64,000 bases of DNA from Actinomycetes bacterium (GTDB taxonomy: Bacteria; Actinomycetota; Actinomycetes; S36-B12), in contig JBAXSI010000002.1 of the NCBI GenBank assembly GCA_037130755.1, positions 47,621-111,620 of the forward strand, read 5' to 3'. Shown piece by piece: positions 17,694 to 29,541 of this stretch (positions within the stretch are counted from its first letter, which is position 1; each line of letters starts with the position of its first letter). The notes beneath the pieces are model-generated. The model saw nothing but the letters and a program-made list of their open reading frames with translations. It was not told the origin of the DNA and ran no database searches. A program made the position numbers and the translations under genes.

Positions 17694-19229
17694 ATGTCCG
17701 CACGACTCTCGGTCGCTTCGATCCTCGCCGACTCGGCACGTCGGTTCCCTGACAAGGAGGCGTTGATCCTCGGTGACACCCGACTGACGTACCAGCAGGT
17801 CTGGGGGATGGCCCGCCGGTTCGCGGCCGTCCTGCGCAACGACGGGGTGGGTCCGGGCGACCGCGTCGCCCTGCTGCTGCCCAACATCCCGCACTTCGCC
17901 TTCGCGTACTACGGCGCGATCGCGATCGGCGCCACGGTGGTGCCGGTGCACGCCCTTCTCAAGGCCGACGAGATCGCCTACACGCTGACCGACTCCGAAT
18001 GCGTTGCCCTGATCACCGCTGCGCCGCTGCTTCCCGAGGCAGCGAAGGGCGCCGAGATCGCGGGCGTACGCCTGTACTCCGTGCTGGACTCGGATGCGGA
18101 CTTCTCAGACGTCGCCCGCATCGATGCGATGGCCATGCAGGTCGAGCCGATCTCCGCGCTCGTGCCGCGCCGTCCCCAGGACGAGGCCGTGATCCTCTAC
18201 ACGTCGGGCACCACCGGTAAGCCGAAGGGCGCGGTCCTCACGCAGGACAACATCCTGTGGAACACCACGATGTGCGCTTTCGACATCATCGACATCAAGA
18301 GCGACGACGTCGCACTCGGTGCGCTGCCGCTGTTCCACTCGTTCGGCCAGACCTGCGTGATGAACGCCGGCTTCCGTGTCGGCGCCACGATCGTCCTCAT
18401 CCCGAGGTTCGACGGCGTCGCGGCACTGGACCTCATGGTCAAGGAGAACGTGACCTACTTCGCGGGCGTGCCGACGATGTACATGGCCCTCCTCGCCGCC
18501 ACCGAGCAGACCGAGTCCCGGCCGAAGCTGCGACTGGCCGCCAGCGGTGGCGCCGCCATCCCGGTCGCCGTGATCACGAAGGTCAAGGAGGTCTTCGGGG
18601 CGGAGATCCTCGAGGGCTACGGACTGTCGGAGACGTCGCCCGTCGCGACGTTCAACCAGCAGGTCTACGGTCGCAAGCCGGGCTCGATCGGCTGCTCCAT
18701 CTGGGGTGTCGACGTCGCGATCGCCAACGCCGACCTCGAGGGCGCAATCGAACTGCTGCCGAGTGGCACCAACGGCGAGATCGTCATCCGCGGCCACAAC
18801 GTCTTCGACGGGTACCTCAACAAGCCCGAGGCCACGGCGGCGGTCATGGTCGACGGCTGGTTCCGCACAGGAGACATCGGCTACGAGGATGAGGAAGGCT
18901 TCTTCTTCATCGTCGACCGCAAGAAGGACCTCATCATCCGCGGCGGCTTCAACGTCTACCCGCGCGAGGTGGAGGAAGTCATCGCCCAGCATCCAGCGGT
19001 GGCACAGGTTGCCGTCGTCGGCGTCGCCGACGATCACTACGGCGAGGAGATCCACGCGGTAGTCGTCCTCGTGACACCGGACGCCATCGACGAGGTCGAG
19101 CTCGGCGAGTGGGTCAAGGAGCGGATCGGCCTGCACAAGTACCCTCGCCGGATTCACATCCGCGAGAGTCTTCCCACCGGGCCGTCGGGCAAGGTGCTCA
19201 AGAGAGTCATTGTTGAGGAACTCGGCTAG
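17694..19229 (+). CDS. long-chain fatty-acid-CoA ligase (AMP-binding enzyme)
   Basis: YTSGTTGKPKGA AMP motif, GYGLSET, TGDIG, and a C-terminal PSGKVLKR. GGAGGA RBS before ATG 17694. Confidence 0.9.
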   Translation: MSARLSVASILADSARRFPDKEALILGDTRLTYQQVWGMARRFAAVLRNDGVGPGDRVALLLPNIPHFAFAYYGAIAIGATVVPVHALLKADEIAYTLTDSECVALITAAPLLPEAAKGAEIAGVRLYSVLDSDADFSDVARIDAMAMQVEPISALVPRRPQDEAVILYTSGTTGKPKGAVLTQDNILWNTTMCAFDIIDIKSDDVALGALPLFHSFGQTCVMNAGFRVGATIVLIPRFDGVAALDLMVKENVTYFAGVPTMYMALLAATEQTESRPKLRLAASGGAAIPVAVITKVKEVFGAEILEGYGLSETSPVATFNQQVYGRKPGSIGCSIWGVDVAIANADLEGAIELLPSGTNGEIVIRGHNVFDGYLNKPEATAAVMVDGWFRTGDIGYEDEEGFFFIVDRKKDLIIRGGFNVYPREVEEVIAQHPAVAQVAVVGVADDHYGEEIHAVVVLVTPDAIDEVELGEWVKERIGLHKYPRRIHIRESLPTGPSGKVLKRVIVEELG

Positions 19230-20419
19230 TCGTCGACCTGGCCGAGCCACGATCGCGCCACAAGCATCGCGACGGCCGCGAACAGCGCAACGGTCCCGGA
19301 CACGATCAGGGGGACCACGCCGCTGCCGGACCCGCTGGTCCACAGCACGCCCGCCCACAGGCCCGCAGTCAGGATCGCTCCAGCACTCAAGGCCTGGAAC
19401 ACTCCCTGCGCGCGGCCACGGTGCTCGTCCGGCACGAGGGATGACACCCATGCCTTGCCGACGCCGTCCGTGAACGCAGGGAACAGCCCGTAGATCGCGA
19501 TCAGCACGTAGACGGCGGGCCCTGAGTCGACGAGGCCCAGCCCGAGGTAGCCGATGGCGAATGCCACCAGGCCCACCGTGTAGACGATCGGACGGGGCCA
19601 GCGATCGGCGAGCACCCCGGCCGGGTACGAGCCGAGCGTGTAGACGACGTTGAACGCCACATAGGCGAGCACGACCTGCGTGGTGGTGAAGCCGAGTTCC
19701 ATGACCCGCAGCAGCAGCAAGGCGTCCGGGAAGTTCACGACCGCGATGGCGACCAGCACGATGGTCACCCGCCAGAACGCCGGCGGCAGGGGTGTCGGCG
19801 CGATGAGGTGTTCCCTGGGCGGCTCTGCGGGACGAGGTGCCGGCTTGGGCTCGCAGACGAGCAGCACGAGCAGTACGGAGAGCACCGCGGGCACGACCGC
19901 CCACCACATGGCAGCACGCACGTTGTCGTTGAGCAGGGACAGCGCCAGAAGTCCGAGCAGTGGGCCGATCACTGCGCCCAGACTGTCGCCCATGCGGTGG
20001 AAGCCGAATGCGCGGCCGAACGCCTCGGGCGGGACGGACGACGCGATCAGGGCGTCGCGGGGTGCAGCGCGAACCCCTTTGCCGAATCGATCGACGACCC
20101 GTCCGGCGAGTACGACCGGCCAGATCCACGCGGCCGCGACGAGCACCTTGCCGACGGCGGCGAGGGCGTAGCCCGCTGCGACGAAGGGTTTGCGGCCGCG
20201 CCGGTCCGACCATCTACCGGAGAAGTACTTGGTGATGCCCGCGGTTGCCTCGGCGATGCCCTCGATAACGCCCAGCACCACCGGTGGTGCGGCGAGCACG
20301 CCGGTGAGGAACAAGGGCAGGAGCGGGTACAGCAACTCGCTCGCAGCGTCCTGCGTCATCGAGACCAGCGTGAGGATGACGAGGTTGCGGGTCAGCCACG
20401 AGCGTGCCGGCACGGCCAT
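19226..20419 (-). CDS. MFS transporter
   Basis: 12-TM-type profile and SGRWSDRRGRKP loop motif. Start ATG 20419 is preceded by GGAAGGGGAG. Confidence 0.85.
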   Translation of the reverse strand: MAVPARSWLTRNLVILTLVSMTQDAASELLYPLLPLFLTGVLAAPPVVLGVIEGIAEATAGITKYFSGRWSDRRGRKPFVAAGYALAAVGKVLVAAAWIWPVVLAGRVVDRFGKGVRAAPRDALIASSVPPEAFGRAFGFHRMGDSLGAVIGPLLGLLALSLLNDNVRAAMWWAVVPAVLSVLLVLLVCEPKPAPRPAEPPREHLIAPTPLPPAFWRVTIVLVAIAVVNFPDALLLLRVMELGFTTTQVVLAYVAFNVVYTLGSYPAGVLADRWPRPIVYTVGLVAFAIGYLGLGLVDSGPAVYVLIAIYGLFPAFTDGVGKAWVSSLVPDEHRGRAQGVFQALSAGAILTAGLWAGVLWTSGSGSGVVPLIVSGTVALFAAVAMLVARSWLGQVDD

Positions 20420-20535
20420 GGACTCCCCTTCCCATGACGAACGGTAGGGATGTTCGCGGTCGTGCGGCGCTGCTCGGCGGATTTCCGGCAGATCGGGCAT
20501 ACCCTGCGAACGTGCAGGGGGTTGATCGATTCCGC

Positions 20536-21822
20536 ATGGCCATAGATGCCGTGCTCGATCCCTACCTGCTGACCACCGCGCTGCGCGGCCCCACGGGGGC
20601 GATAGCGGACTTCCTCATCGTCGATGCGAACGTTGCCGCCTGCGAGGCCCTGGGGTCCGACCGCGAGAGCCTCATCGGCCGAACCGTGCAGATGACGATG
20701 CCGCACACCGTGGCGGACGACCTGATCTGCGCCTGTGTGTCCGTGATCGAGGAGCAGGGCCGGTACGAGGGCCGCGACCAGGCCTACGTGAGCATGCCTG
20801 CTGCAGACGCACCTGACTGGTACGACGTCCGCATCGTGCAGGTCGCTGATGGCGTCGGGGTCACCTGGCGGAACGTCACCGAGCAGCACGAGGCGCATGA
20901 CGAGCTCGTCAGGAGCGAGGCGCGCTTCCGGCTGCTGGCGGAGAACGCCTCCGACTTCGTGTACTTCGCCGACGAGGATGGCCGGGCCGCATGGGTGGCT
21001 CCGACCGTCACCCGGACCCTGGGCTGGTCGGTCGATGAGGTCGAGGGCTCGTTCGTCACGGACCTGGTGCATCCGGACGACTGGGATGTCGTCGTGGCCC
21101 TGCGTGAGGTCACCGCCTTGGGCGCCGAGGTCGTGGCGCTGAGCCCGGGCGCGCTGAATCCCGTGATCGCCCGACTGAGGCAAAAGGACGGGCACTATCG
21201 CTGGATGAGCGTCACGGCGACGCGTGTCCAGGAGTTGGGCAGCCAGAGCCAGAGCGTCGTCGTGGGCATGCGCGACGTCGACCAGCTCGTGGCGACGATC
21301 GCCCTTGCCGAGCGAAGCCAGCGGGACGACCTCACGGGACTGGCCAATCGGCCATACCTCCTCGAGCGCATGGAGAAGCTCATCGGCGAGTGCCGGCGCA
21401 CCAGCGACCAGCACGCCGTCCTCTACTGCGATGTCGACTACTTCAAGGAGATCAACGACACGTATGGCCACGCCGTCGGTGACGAGGTGCTCCGCAACAT
21501 CGCCGCGCGCATCCGGCGCAGCGTTCGTGAGAGCGACGTCGTCGCGCGACTTGGTGGTGACGAGTTCGTGGTGGTGCTGCAGGGAGTGGGCGGCCCAGCC
21601 GACGCTGAGGCGGTCGCGGCCAAGATCCAGTCGGCGATGAGCGAGGCACTGCTGGTCGACGGCATCGACCTGTCCCGCAGCTTCAGCATCGGTGTGGCCA
21701 TGGTGCGTGCGGACTCGACGCCGGACCGGGTCCTACGCGATGCGGACGCCGCCCTGTACGAGGCCAAGGAGGGCGGTCGGGACCGCACCGTGACGCACCG
21801 GGGTCATGCAGTAGCCAGCTGA
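20536..21822 (+). CDS. PAS-domain diguanylate cyclase (GGDEF)
   Basis: Two PAS-like segments, then DDLTGLANRPYL...RLGGDEFVVVL with the GGDEF active site. Start could be GTG 20512 or ATG 20536. Confidence 0.85.
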   Translation: MAIDAVLDPYLLTTALRGPTGAIADFLIVDANVAACEALGSDRESLIGRTVQMTMPHTVADDLICACVSVIEEQGRYEGRDQAYVSMPAADAPDWYDVRIVQVADGVGVTWRNVTEQHEAHDELVRSEARFRLLAENASDFVYFADEDGRAAWVAPTVTRTLGWSVDEVEGSFVTDLVHPDDWDVVVALREVTALGAEVVALSPGALNPVIARLRQKDGHYRWMSVTATRVQELGSQSQSVVVGMRDVDQLVATIALAERSQRDDLTGLANRPYLLERMEKLIGECRRTSDQHAVLYCDVDYFKEINDTYGHAVGDEVLRNIAARIRRSVRESDVVARLGGDEFVVVLQGVGGPADAEAVAAKIQSAMSEALLVDGIDLSRSFSIGVAMVRADSTPDRVLRDADAALYEAKEGGRDRTVTHRGHAVAS

Positions 21823-22358
21823 ACCCGATGGATCACCGTGTGGACCGGAGTCGGCCCGCCCTGCGATCGCACGGCCAACAGTTCGGTGACCGGCCAGGAC
21901 GGGCCGGAGTAGGACTCCAGGAAGGCTGCCGCGGGGCGGGCGTCCGAGCCACGCGAGCGGGCCAGGGTGAGGTGCGGCCGCCAGGGCCGGTGCTCGAGGC
22001 GGAAGCCGGCCCGCCGCAGGACGACATGCAGGCTGAGGCCCAGGTCGGCAAAGCCTTCGGTGTCGTCGTCATGCACCCCGTGGACGCCGGTCCACATGAT
22101 CTGCCGGCCGAAGACACCCGATCCGACCAGTCTCAGCGACGGACCAGGGGTCCGCGCCGCGATCGCGTCCAGATGGGCGGCGACCGGCTCGTCGGCGTGG
22201 TCGTCGACATCGCCGAGGAAGGCCATCGTCACGTGCCACCGGTCCGCGGGCTGCCAGCGCAGGTCACGGCAGGCGGCGAGGTGCCTGATCGCGTGCACCC
22301 GGTCCCCAAGATCCTCGATCGCACCCGACGACGGGACGATGGCCACGAAGAGGCTCAC
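21804..22358 (-). CDS. RNA 2',3'-cyclic phosphodiesterase / 2H phosphoesterase (ThpR/LigT-like)
   Basis: Two HxT/S motifs: WHVTMAFLG and PHLTLARS. Confidence 0.8.
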   Translation of the reverse strand: MSLFVAIVPSSGAIEDLGDRVHAIRHLAACRDLRWQPADRWHVTMAFLGDVDDHADEPVAAHLDAIAARTPGPSLRLVGSGVFGRQIMWTGVHGVHDDDTEGFADLGLSLHVVLRRAGFRLEHRPWRPHLTLARSRGSDARPAAAFLESYSGPSWPVTELLAVRSQGGPTPVHTVIHRVQLATA

Positions 22359-22365
22359 GAGTGCC

Positions 22366-23325
22366 TCAGGCGGAAACCCGGTCCAGTTCGGCCAGGTCGT
22401 CAGTGGTCAGTTGCAGCGAGGTCATCGCCCTGAGGTCGTCGAGCTGATCGGTGTTCCGCGCGCTGGCGATCGGTGCGGTGATGGTCGGCTGCGCGAGCAG
22501 CCATGCAAGCGACACCGCCGCAGACGTCGTGCCGTGGCGGTGGGCGCACTGCTCGAGCGCGGCCAGAATCCGCTCGCCGCGAGGGTTCGCATACTGTGCG
22601 ACGCCTTCGGCTCTCGGACTGTCGACGATCTGTCCCGCGCGGTACTTGCCCGTCAGGAAGCCGCGGGCCAGGCCGTAGAACGGCAGGCTCGCGAGTCCGT
22701 TGCTGTCCACCACTTCGCGCACCGAGTCCTCGTAGCCGGCCCGTTCGGCGAGGTTGTAGTGGTTCTGCAGGGCGACCAACGGTGCCAGCCCCTCTTCTGC
22801 GCTGACCGCGATGGCCTCGGCGAGGCGGTCGGCGGAGAAGTTCGAGGCGGCCACGTGTCGCACCTTCCCTTCGCGGACGAGCTGGTCGAAGGCGCCCAGC
22901 GAATCCTCGAGCGGGACGGCATGGTCATCGAGATGCGCGTAGTACAGGTCGATGCTGTCGGTGCGCAGCCGGGTGAGGGAGTCATGCGCAGCCCGACGGA
23001 TCGTGTCCGGCGAGAGTCCTGCGGCGCTCGGCAGCTTGCCGACCTTCGTGGCGATGATCATCTGGTCGCGGTTGCCGCGAGCGGCCATCCAGTCACCGAT
23101 GATCGTCTCGGACTCGCCGCCGACGTTGCCCGGCTTCCATGCGCTGTACGCATCAGCGGTGTCGATGAAGTTGCCGCCGGCCCCGACGTAGGCGTCGAGC
23201 ACGGCATAGGAGGTCGGCTCGTCAGCGGTCCAGCCGAACACGTTGCCGCCCAGGCACAACGGGGCCACCTGAAGGCCCGTGCCACCCAGCGGGCGACGGC
23301 CTGCGAACGGTGCGCTTTCGCTCAT
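22366..23325 (-). CDS. aldo/keto reductase
   Basis: LGGTGLQVAPLCLGGNVFGW, IDTADAY and LYYAHLDD. Start ATG 23325 (MSESAPF). Confidence 0.9.
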   Translation of the reverse strand: MSESAPFAGRRPLGGTGLQVAPLCLGGNVFGWTADEPTSYAVLDAYVGAGGNFIDTADAYSAWKPGNVGGESETIIGDWMAARGNRDQMIIATKVGKLPSAAGLSPDTIRRAAHDSLTRLRTDSIDLYYAHLDDHAVPLEDSLGAFDQLVREGKVRHVAASNFSADRLAEAIAVSAEEGLAPLVALQNHYNLAERAGYEDSVREVVDSNGLASLPFYGLARGFLTGKYRAGQIVDSPRAEGVAQYANPRGERILAALEQCAHRHGTTSAAVSLAWLLAQPTITAPIASARNTDQLDDLRAMTSLQLTTDDLAELDRVSA

Positions 23326-23348
23326 GCAGGGATTCTCACACCACTGGG

Positions 23349-24047
23349 TCAGGCGCGCGTGCAGAACATGAGGTCGGTAATGGCGCGGCCCTCGCGCAGC
23401 GCGCGCTCCTCGTAGTGCGTCACCGGTCGCCATGCCGGGCGTTCGATGCGACCCCCGGTCCAGCCCGGCTGGGCAGCGAAGGTCTCCTCGATGGCGACGA
23501 CATATGCGTCCCAGTCCGTCGCCACATGCCAGCAGCCACCCGGCCGCATGCGCGATGCCACCAGTTCCAGGACCGGACGCTGGATGATCCTGCGCTTGTG
23601 GTGACGCGCCTTCGGCCAGGGGTCGGGGAAGTACGAGCGCACCCCGGCCAGTGCACCGACGGGGATCATCCGCTTGAGCACCGTCAGGGCGTCGGCCTCC
23701 ATGACGCGGACGTTGGTGATCCCCGTCCCGGCGATCAGGTCGAGGAGGTTTCCGACGCCGGGCGTGTGGATGTCGAGCGCGAGGATCCCCGAGCGCGGCT
23801 CCGCGGCCGCCATCTGCGCGGTGGCCGCGCCGGTGCCGAAGCCGATCTCGAGGATGACCGGGACATCAGCTCCCCACACGCTTGCGAGGTCGATCTCCTG
23901 ATCGCCTGGCTCAAGGCGCCAGCGAACCTCGCTCAGGGCAAGCAGCTGTCGCTGGGTGATGCGACTTCGTCGCGGCTTGTAGGTGCGGATGCCCGGGCCG
24001 AGGACGCCTGCGTCGGCGTGCCCGCGCAGTTCGTACCGTCCCGTCAT
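23349..24047 (-). CDS. trmB: tRNA (guanine46-N7)-methyltransferase
   Basis: SAM-MTase motif LEIGFGTGAA and the FPDPWPKARHHKRR signature. ATGA overlap with the upstream gene. Confidence 0.85.
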   Translation of the reverse strand: MTGRYELRGHADAGVLGPGIRTYKPRRSRITQRQLLALSEVRWRLEPGDQEIDLASVWGADVPVILEIGFGTGAATAQMAAAEPRSGILALDIHTPGVGNLLDLIAGTGITNVRVMEADALTVLKRMIPVGALAGVRSYFPDPWPKARHHKRRIIQRPVLELVASRMRPGGCWHVATDWDAYVVAIEETFAAQPGWTGGRIERPAWRPVTHYEERALREGRAITDLMFCTRA

Positions 24048-24763
24048 CCGGTGACGCGCAGTCGCAGGGGAGCGTTGACACGATGCCGACGATCCGCCTC
24101 GATCCGCCACGCGGACTGCCGTCCGCGCGAGCGGAACTCCCACAGTCCGTCCTCGCTCGGCCCCTCGGAGACCAGCGCCGTGTCCTCGTCGATGCCGACA
24201 ACGATCGCGGTATCCGTGACGAGAGGGCGCATGACGAAGTCAGGGATCATGCGGCTGTACTTGTCGAAGTGGGGAAGCACGCGGATGTCGGGGACGACGC
24301 CGAGGCCGTCGACTCCACCGCGCTTGGGATGACGGAAGTCGGGGATGTAGCCGCCGAGTGCCATGGCACCGGCGCTGCAGCCGGCCAAGGACGCGCCGGC
24401 TCGCCATTCCTCCTGGATCGCTTCCCACACTCGAGTGCCGCGCAGTGCCTTGGCCAGATGGCTGGGATTGCCACCGGAGAGGTAGATGAGCCCCGCGCCG
24501 CGGATCAGGTCCGCGTTGGCGGCATCGTTCGCGGTGGCCGCATCCCGCACGTCGACCACCACCTGCTCGGCATCGAGTCGCTCAGCAGCCTCGGCGCCGA
24601 GTTGGTGCCAGCGCGCCAGCGATCGTTCGCCCTCCGGTGATGCCGCCGTGGCGAGCTGGACGTACCGGCGCGGCCGACCCTCCAGCAGCCAGCCCTCCAC
24701 GTCCTGCATGACCGGCAGGTACTCGCCACTGCCGACGAGAGCCAGTCGTCCGGGGGTGTTCAT
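24044..24763 (-). CDS. peptidase S51 / type-1 glutamine-amidotransferase-like protein (cyanophycinase/peptidase E family)
   Basis: LALVGSGEY, IYLSGGNPSHL and a nucleophile-type GCSAGAMALG. Confidence 0.7.
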   Translation of the reverse strand: MNTPGRLALVGSGEYLPVMQDVEGWLLEGRPRRYVQLATAASPEGERSLARWHQLGAEAAERLDAEQVVVDVRDAATANDAANADLIRGAGLIYLSGGNPSHLAKALRGTRVWEAIQEEWRAGASLAGCSAGAMALGGYIPDFRHPKRGGVDGLGVVPDIRVLPHFDKYSRMIPDFVMRPLVTDTAIVVGIDEDTALVSEGPSEDGLWEFRSRGRQSAWRIEADRRHRVNAPLRLRVTG

Positions 24764-24785
24764 CGCCCCACCGTAGGAGAAGAGG

Positions 24786-26345
<1,560 letters not shown>

Positions 26346-26409
26346 GCCGCGACCTGTCCGATACCTTCATTCCACCGAACGACATGGACCCCACCAGCAA
26401 GGAGCAGAA

Positions 26410-26625
26410 ATGACCACGCAGGTCTTCAAGGTTTCCGGCATGACGTGCGAGCACTGCGTCGCGTCCGTCACTGAGGAGCTCACCGAGCTTCCGGGCGTCG
26501 GGGCCGTGAATGTCGATCTGGTCCCCGGTGAGGTCTCGTCCGTGACCGTCGAGAGCGAGGCCGAGCTCGACGCCGCTGCGGTGCGTGCCGCGATCGACGA
26601 AGCCGGCTACGAACTCGTCGACTAG
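26410..26625 (+). CDS. copZ: heavy-metal-associated (HMA) domain protein, CopZ-like
   Basis: 71 aa with the GMTCEHC metal-binding motif and a ferredoxin-like pattern. Confidence 0.85.
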   Translation: MTTQVFKVSGMTCEHCVASVTEELTELPGVGAVNVDLVPGEVSSVTVESEAELDAAAVRAAIDEAGYELVD

Positions 26626-26661
26626 GAAGCGAGGTCCGGCCTCGTCCTGCATGATCGGGGC

Positions 26662-27819
26662 GTGCCCGACTTCGATGTTGACGCAATAGACCTAGCCGAA
26701 CTCCGCACGCGCCGCAGCGCGAAGTGGCGCGAGTTCCCGCCGGACGTGCTGCCCTCGTGGGTCGCCGAGATGGACTTCCCACTCGCGACACCCATCGCCA
26801 CCGCGCTGCGCAATGCGATCGACCGCTCCGACACCGGATACCGCTCCTTGCTGGGCCTGCCACAGGCACTGTCGCTGTTCGCGGCCCGTTCGTGGAACTG
26901 GTCGGTGGACCCGGCCGACGTGCTGGTCGTGCCGGACGTGGTCTCCGGACTCGTGCATGCCGTCAACGTCTTCACCGAGCCGGGCGACGGGGTCGTCATC
27001 AACCCGCCCGTCTATCACCCCTTCTTCATGGTGGTGGACGACGTTACGCACCGGACCGTGGTCGAGGTCCCGATGGCTCGCGCCGACGACGGCAGCTACT
27101 CCCTGGACCTCGATGCACTGGCACTGGCGTTCGCGCGCCCTGACGTGACGGCGTACATCCTCTGCAGCCCCCACAACCCCTCCGGCAGCGTGCCGACGCG
27201 CGCAGAACTGGAGACGATCAGCTCGCTCGCCGAGCAGCACGGCGTTGCCGTGATCTCCGATGAGATCCATGCACCCCTCGTGATGCCTGGCGCCCAGCAC
27301 GTGCCGTACCTGACGGTCGCTCCCGATCATGCCCGGGCAGTGACCGTGATCTCCGCGTCGAAGGCGTGGAACATCCCCGGCCTGAAGTGCGCGCAGATCG
27401 CTACGACGCCCGAGGTGTCCGCCGAGTTCGCGCGTCGGTTGCCGCTGGAGATGTCGTTCGGCACAGGGCACTTCGGGGTGATTGCGCAGATCGCCGCGTA
27501 CATGGACGGAGCAGAGTGGCTTGAGCAGGTCGTCGGGATCCTTGACGGGAACCGTCGCCTCCTGACGGAGTTGCTGGCCGCCCGGCTGCCGCTTGCGGGC
27601 TACGTCACACCACAGGCCTCCTATCTGGCCTGGCTCGACCTCGCCGCTTACGGGCTGGGCGATGACCCCGCTGAGGTGATCCGCGAACGGGCGCAGCTGG
27701 CCCTCAGTCCCGGCCTGAGCTTCGGCAGGCAGGGTCGAGGCTTTGCCCGACTGAACTTCGGGACGTCCCCCGTTCTGGTGGCCGAGATTGTCGATCGGCT
27801 GGCTTCCGTGGTGCAATAG
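26662..27819 (+). CDS. class I/II aminotransferase of the MalY/PatB C-S lyase type
   Basis: AEMDF, NPHNPSG and SASKAWNIPGLK (PLP lysine) are typical of cystathionine beta-lyase PatB/MalY. Confidence 0.8.
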   Translation: MPDFDVDAIDLAELRTRRSAKWREFPPDVLPSWVAEMDFPLATPIATALRNAIDRSDTGYRSLLGLPQALSLFAARSWNWSVDPADVLVVPDVVSGLVHAVNVFTEPGDGVVINPPVYHPFFMVVDDVTHRTVVEVPMARADDGSYSLDLDALALAFARPDVTAYILCSPHNPSGSVPTRAELETISSLAEQHGVAVISDEIHAPLVMPGAQHVPYLTVAPDHARAVTVISASKAWNIPGLKCAQIATTPEVSAEFARRLPLEMSFGTGHFGVIAQIAAYMDGAEWLEQVVGILDGNRRLLTELLAARLPLAGYVTPQASYLAWLDLAAYGLGDDPAEVIRERAQLALSPGLSFGRQGRGFARLNFGTSPVLVAEIVDRLASVVQ

Positions 27820-27823
27820 TTCA

Positions 27824-28468
27824 GTGAGGCGCCTTCCCCTGGCCGCCGCGTCGGCGGCTGCCCTGATCGCTGCCTTCGCCATCCCCTCTGCCGCTGCAGC
27901 TCCCGTGATTCACACCGCGCCGCTGGTAGCGCCGGCGAAGGATCGCTACGCGGTGGGCGACTCCGTGATGCTCGGCGCGAAGTCGAACCTCAAGGGCAAG
28001 GGCTTCAAGATCGTCGATGCCGTCGAGAGCCGGCAGGCTTACCTGGGACCTTCACTCCTGCGCAAGCGGGGCGTGACCCTCCCGAAGAACGTCGTCGTCC
28101 ACCTCGGCACCAACGGCACCTTCCCACTGTCGGTCTGCAAGAAGATCGTGTCGGCGGCCGGGCCGGACCGGCGGGTCTTCCTGGTGACGGTGCACGTGCC
28201 GAGGTCGTGGCAGAAGCCGAACAACAAGGTGATCCGTCAGTGCGATTCGGCCTTTGCGGCAGACCGGGTGCATGTCATCGACTGGAACACGGCGGTCAAG
28301 GCGCACCCGAAGTGGCTATACGGCGATCACACGCACCTTCGCCCGGCCGGCGCCAAGGGCTTCGCGTCGCTGATCGACTACAACGTCGACCAGGCCGTCG
28401 CCGCCGCGCACAAGCGGGCTGTCGACGCTGCCGCCGGGGCCGGTTCCGCGGGTACTGTCACGCTGTGA
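27824..28468 (+). CDS. secreted SGNH/GDSL-like hydrolase-domain protein
   Basis: Signal peptide RRLPLAAASAAALIAAFAIPSAAAAP, GDSV block (AVGDSVMLGA) and a C-terminal DHTHL block. GTG 27824. Confidence 0.55.
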   Translation: MRRLPLAAASAAALIAAFAIPSAAAAPVIHTAPLVAPAKDRYAVGDSVMLGAKSNLKGKGFKIVDAVESRQAYLGPSLLRKRGVTLPKNVVVHLGTNGTFPLSVCKKIVSAAGPDRRVFLVTVHVPRSWQKPNNKVIRQCDSAFAADRVHVIDWNTAVKAHPKWLYGDHTHLRPAGAKGFASLIDYNVDQAVAAAHKRAVDAAAGAGSAGTVTL

Positions 28469-29403
28469 CCTCAGACGCTCTCGTTGCGCCACTCTCCGAC
28501 GATTGCGAGCAACTGCGCCGTGACCTCATCGAGCGGCAACTCCCTCCGGTGTGGTCGCTGGATGCCCAGACTGCTCGCCGTCTCCACCGCGAGGGCGCCG
28601 ATGCTGTCCGGGCGGCATGGCAGCCTCCGCTCGACTCGCTGCCCGTCGTCACTGAGGATGTCGTTGCCGTCGATGGCCGTCCCGCCATGCGCATCTACCG
28701 CAACACCGAAACGGTGAACGCGGCCGTCACCATCGCGTGGTTCCATGGCGGTGGCTGGGTGCTCGGTGATCTGGAAACGGGGCATGCCGCGGCAAGCACG
28801 GCCTGTGCACAGACCGGCTGGGACGTCGTCAACGTCGACTACCGGTGCGCTCCTGTCGATCCCTTCCCGGCCGCTGTCGACGACGCGATCGCAGCCACCC
28901 AATGGCTGCTGGACGAGGGCCGGCGCGTGGTCGTGGCAGGCGACAGCGCCGGCGGCAATCTGGCAGGCGTCGTTGCGCAGCGGCTTGCTGGCCACGCCGG
29001 ACTGATCGGGCAGGTGCTCGTGTACCCGGCCACCGACCCCACGCTGTCGTACCCCTCGGTCGAGGAGTTCACCGAAGGCCCCTTCCTGACCGGGCGCGAC
29101 ATGAAGTGGTTCTACGACCAGTACCTGCCCGCCCGCCAGGACCGGACCGACGATCGCCTTGACCTGATGACGGCAGAGCGCGACAGGCCAACCTTGCCGG
29201 CTGTCGTCCTCACCGTTGGCCATGACCCCTTGCGTGACGAGGGCATCGCCTACGCGCGACTGCTTGGCGCGCGAGGGGCTGAAGTGACGTGGATCCACGC
29301 CCCTGAGCTGTTCCACGGCTGCGTCACGCAGTCCGGCGTGCTGCCGTCGAGTGCCGCGCGCGTCCGCGAAATATGGCAAGCCGCACGTCAACTGTTCACC
29401 TGA
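28465..29403 (+). CDS. alpha/beta hydrolase, hormone-sensitive-lipase (family IV) esterase type
   Basis: HGGGW oxyanion motif and GDSAGGNL nucleophile motif. GTG 28465 overlaps the preceding stop (GTGA). Confidence 0.85.
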   Translation: MTSDALVAPLSDDCEQLRRDLIERQLPPVWSLDAQTARRLHREGADAVRAAWQPPLDSLPVVTEDVVAVDGRPAMRIYRNTETVNAAVTIAWFHGGGWVLGDLETGHAAASTACAQTGWDVVNVDYRCAPVDPFPAAVDDAIAATQWLLDEGRRVVVAGDSAGGNLAGVVAQRLAGHAGLIGQVLVYPATDPTLSYPSVEEFTEGPFLTGRDMKWFYDQYLPARQDRTDDRLDLMTAERDRPTLPAVVLTVGHDPLRDEGIAYARLLGARGAEVTWIHAPELFHGCVTQSGVLPSSAARVREIWQAARQLFT

Positions 29404-29541
29404 CCTGTGGACTTGGTCACAGGACAGCGTTTGCATGGGCTTTGTGGTCATCCGTACGGTTGCACTAAGGGCATCCTGTGACCTTCACCGTCACGCCATG
29501 CCCCTGCCCGAGCGTCCCTGCGACAGCACTGGAGCGAGTAC

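Noticed and set aside
18105-20213. 702-aa minus-strand ORF
   Set aside because: It is antisense to the acyl-CoA ligase and out of frame across the MFS gene. The translation is Arg/Gly/Pro-rich with no motifs.
26410-27819. Reading the csoR-copZ region as a standard copper-efflux operon
   Set aside because: No P1B-type ATPase follows copZ. The next gene is a PatB/MalY-type lyase, and the regulator lacks the Cu-ligand His, so the standard annotation was not adopted without caveat.
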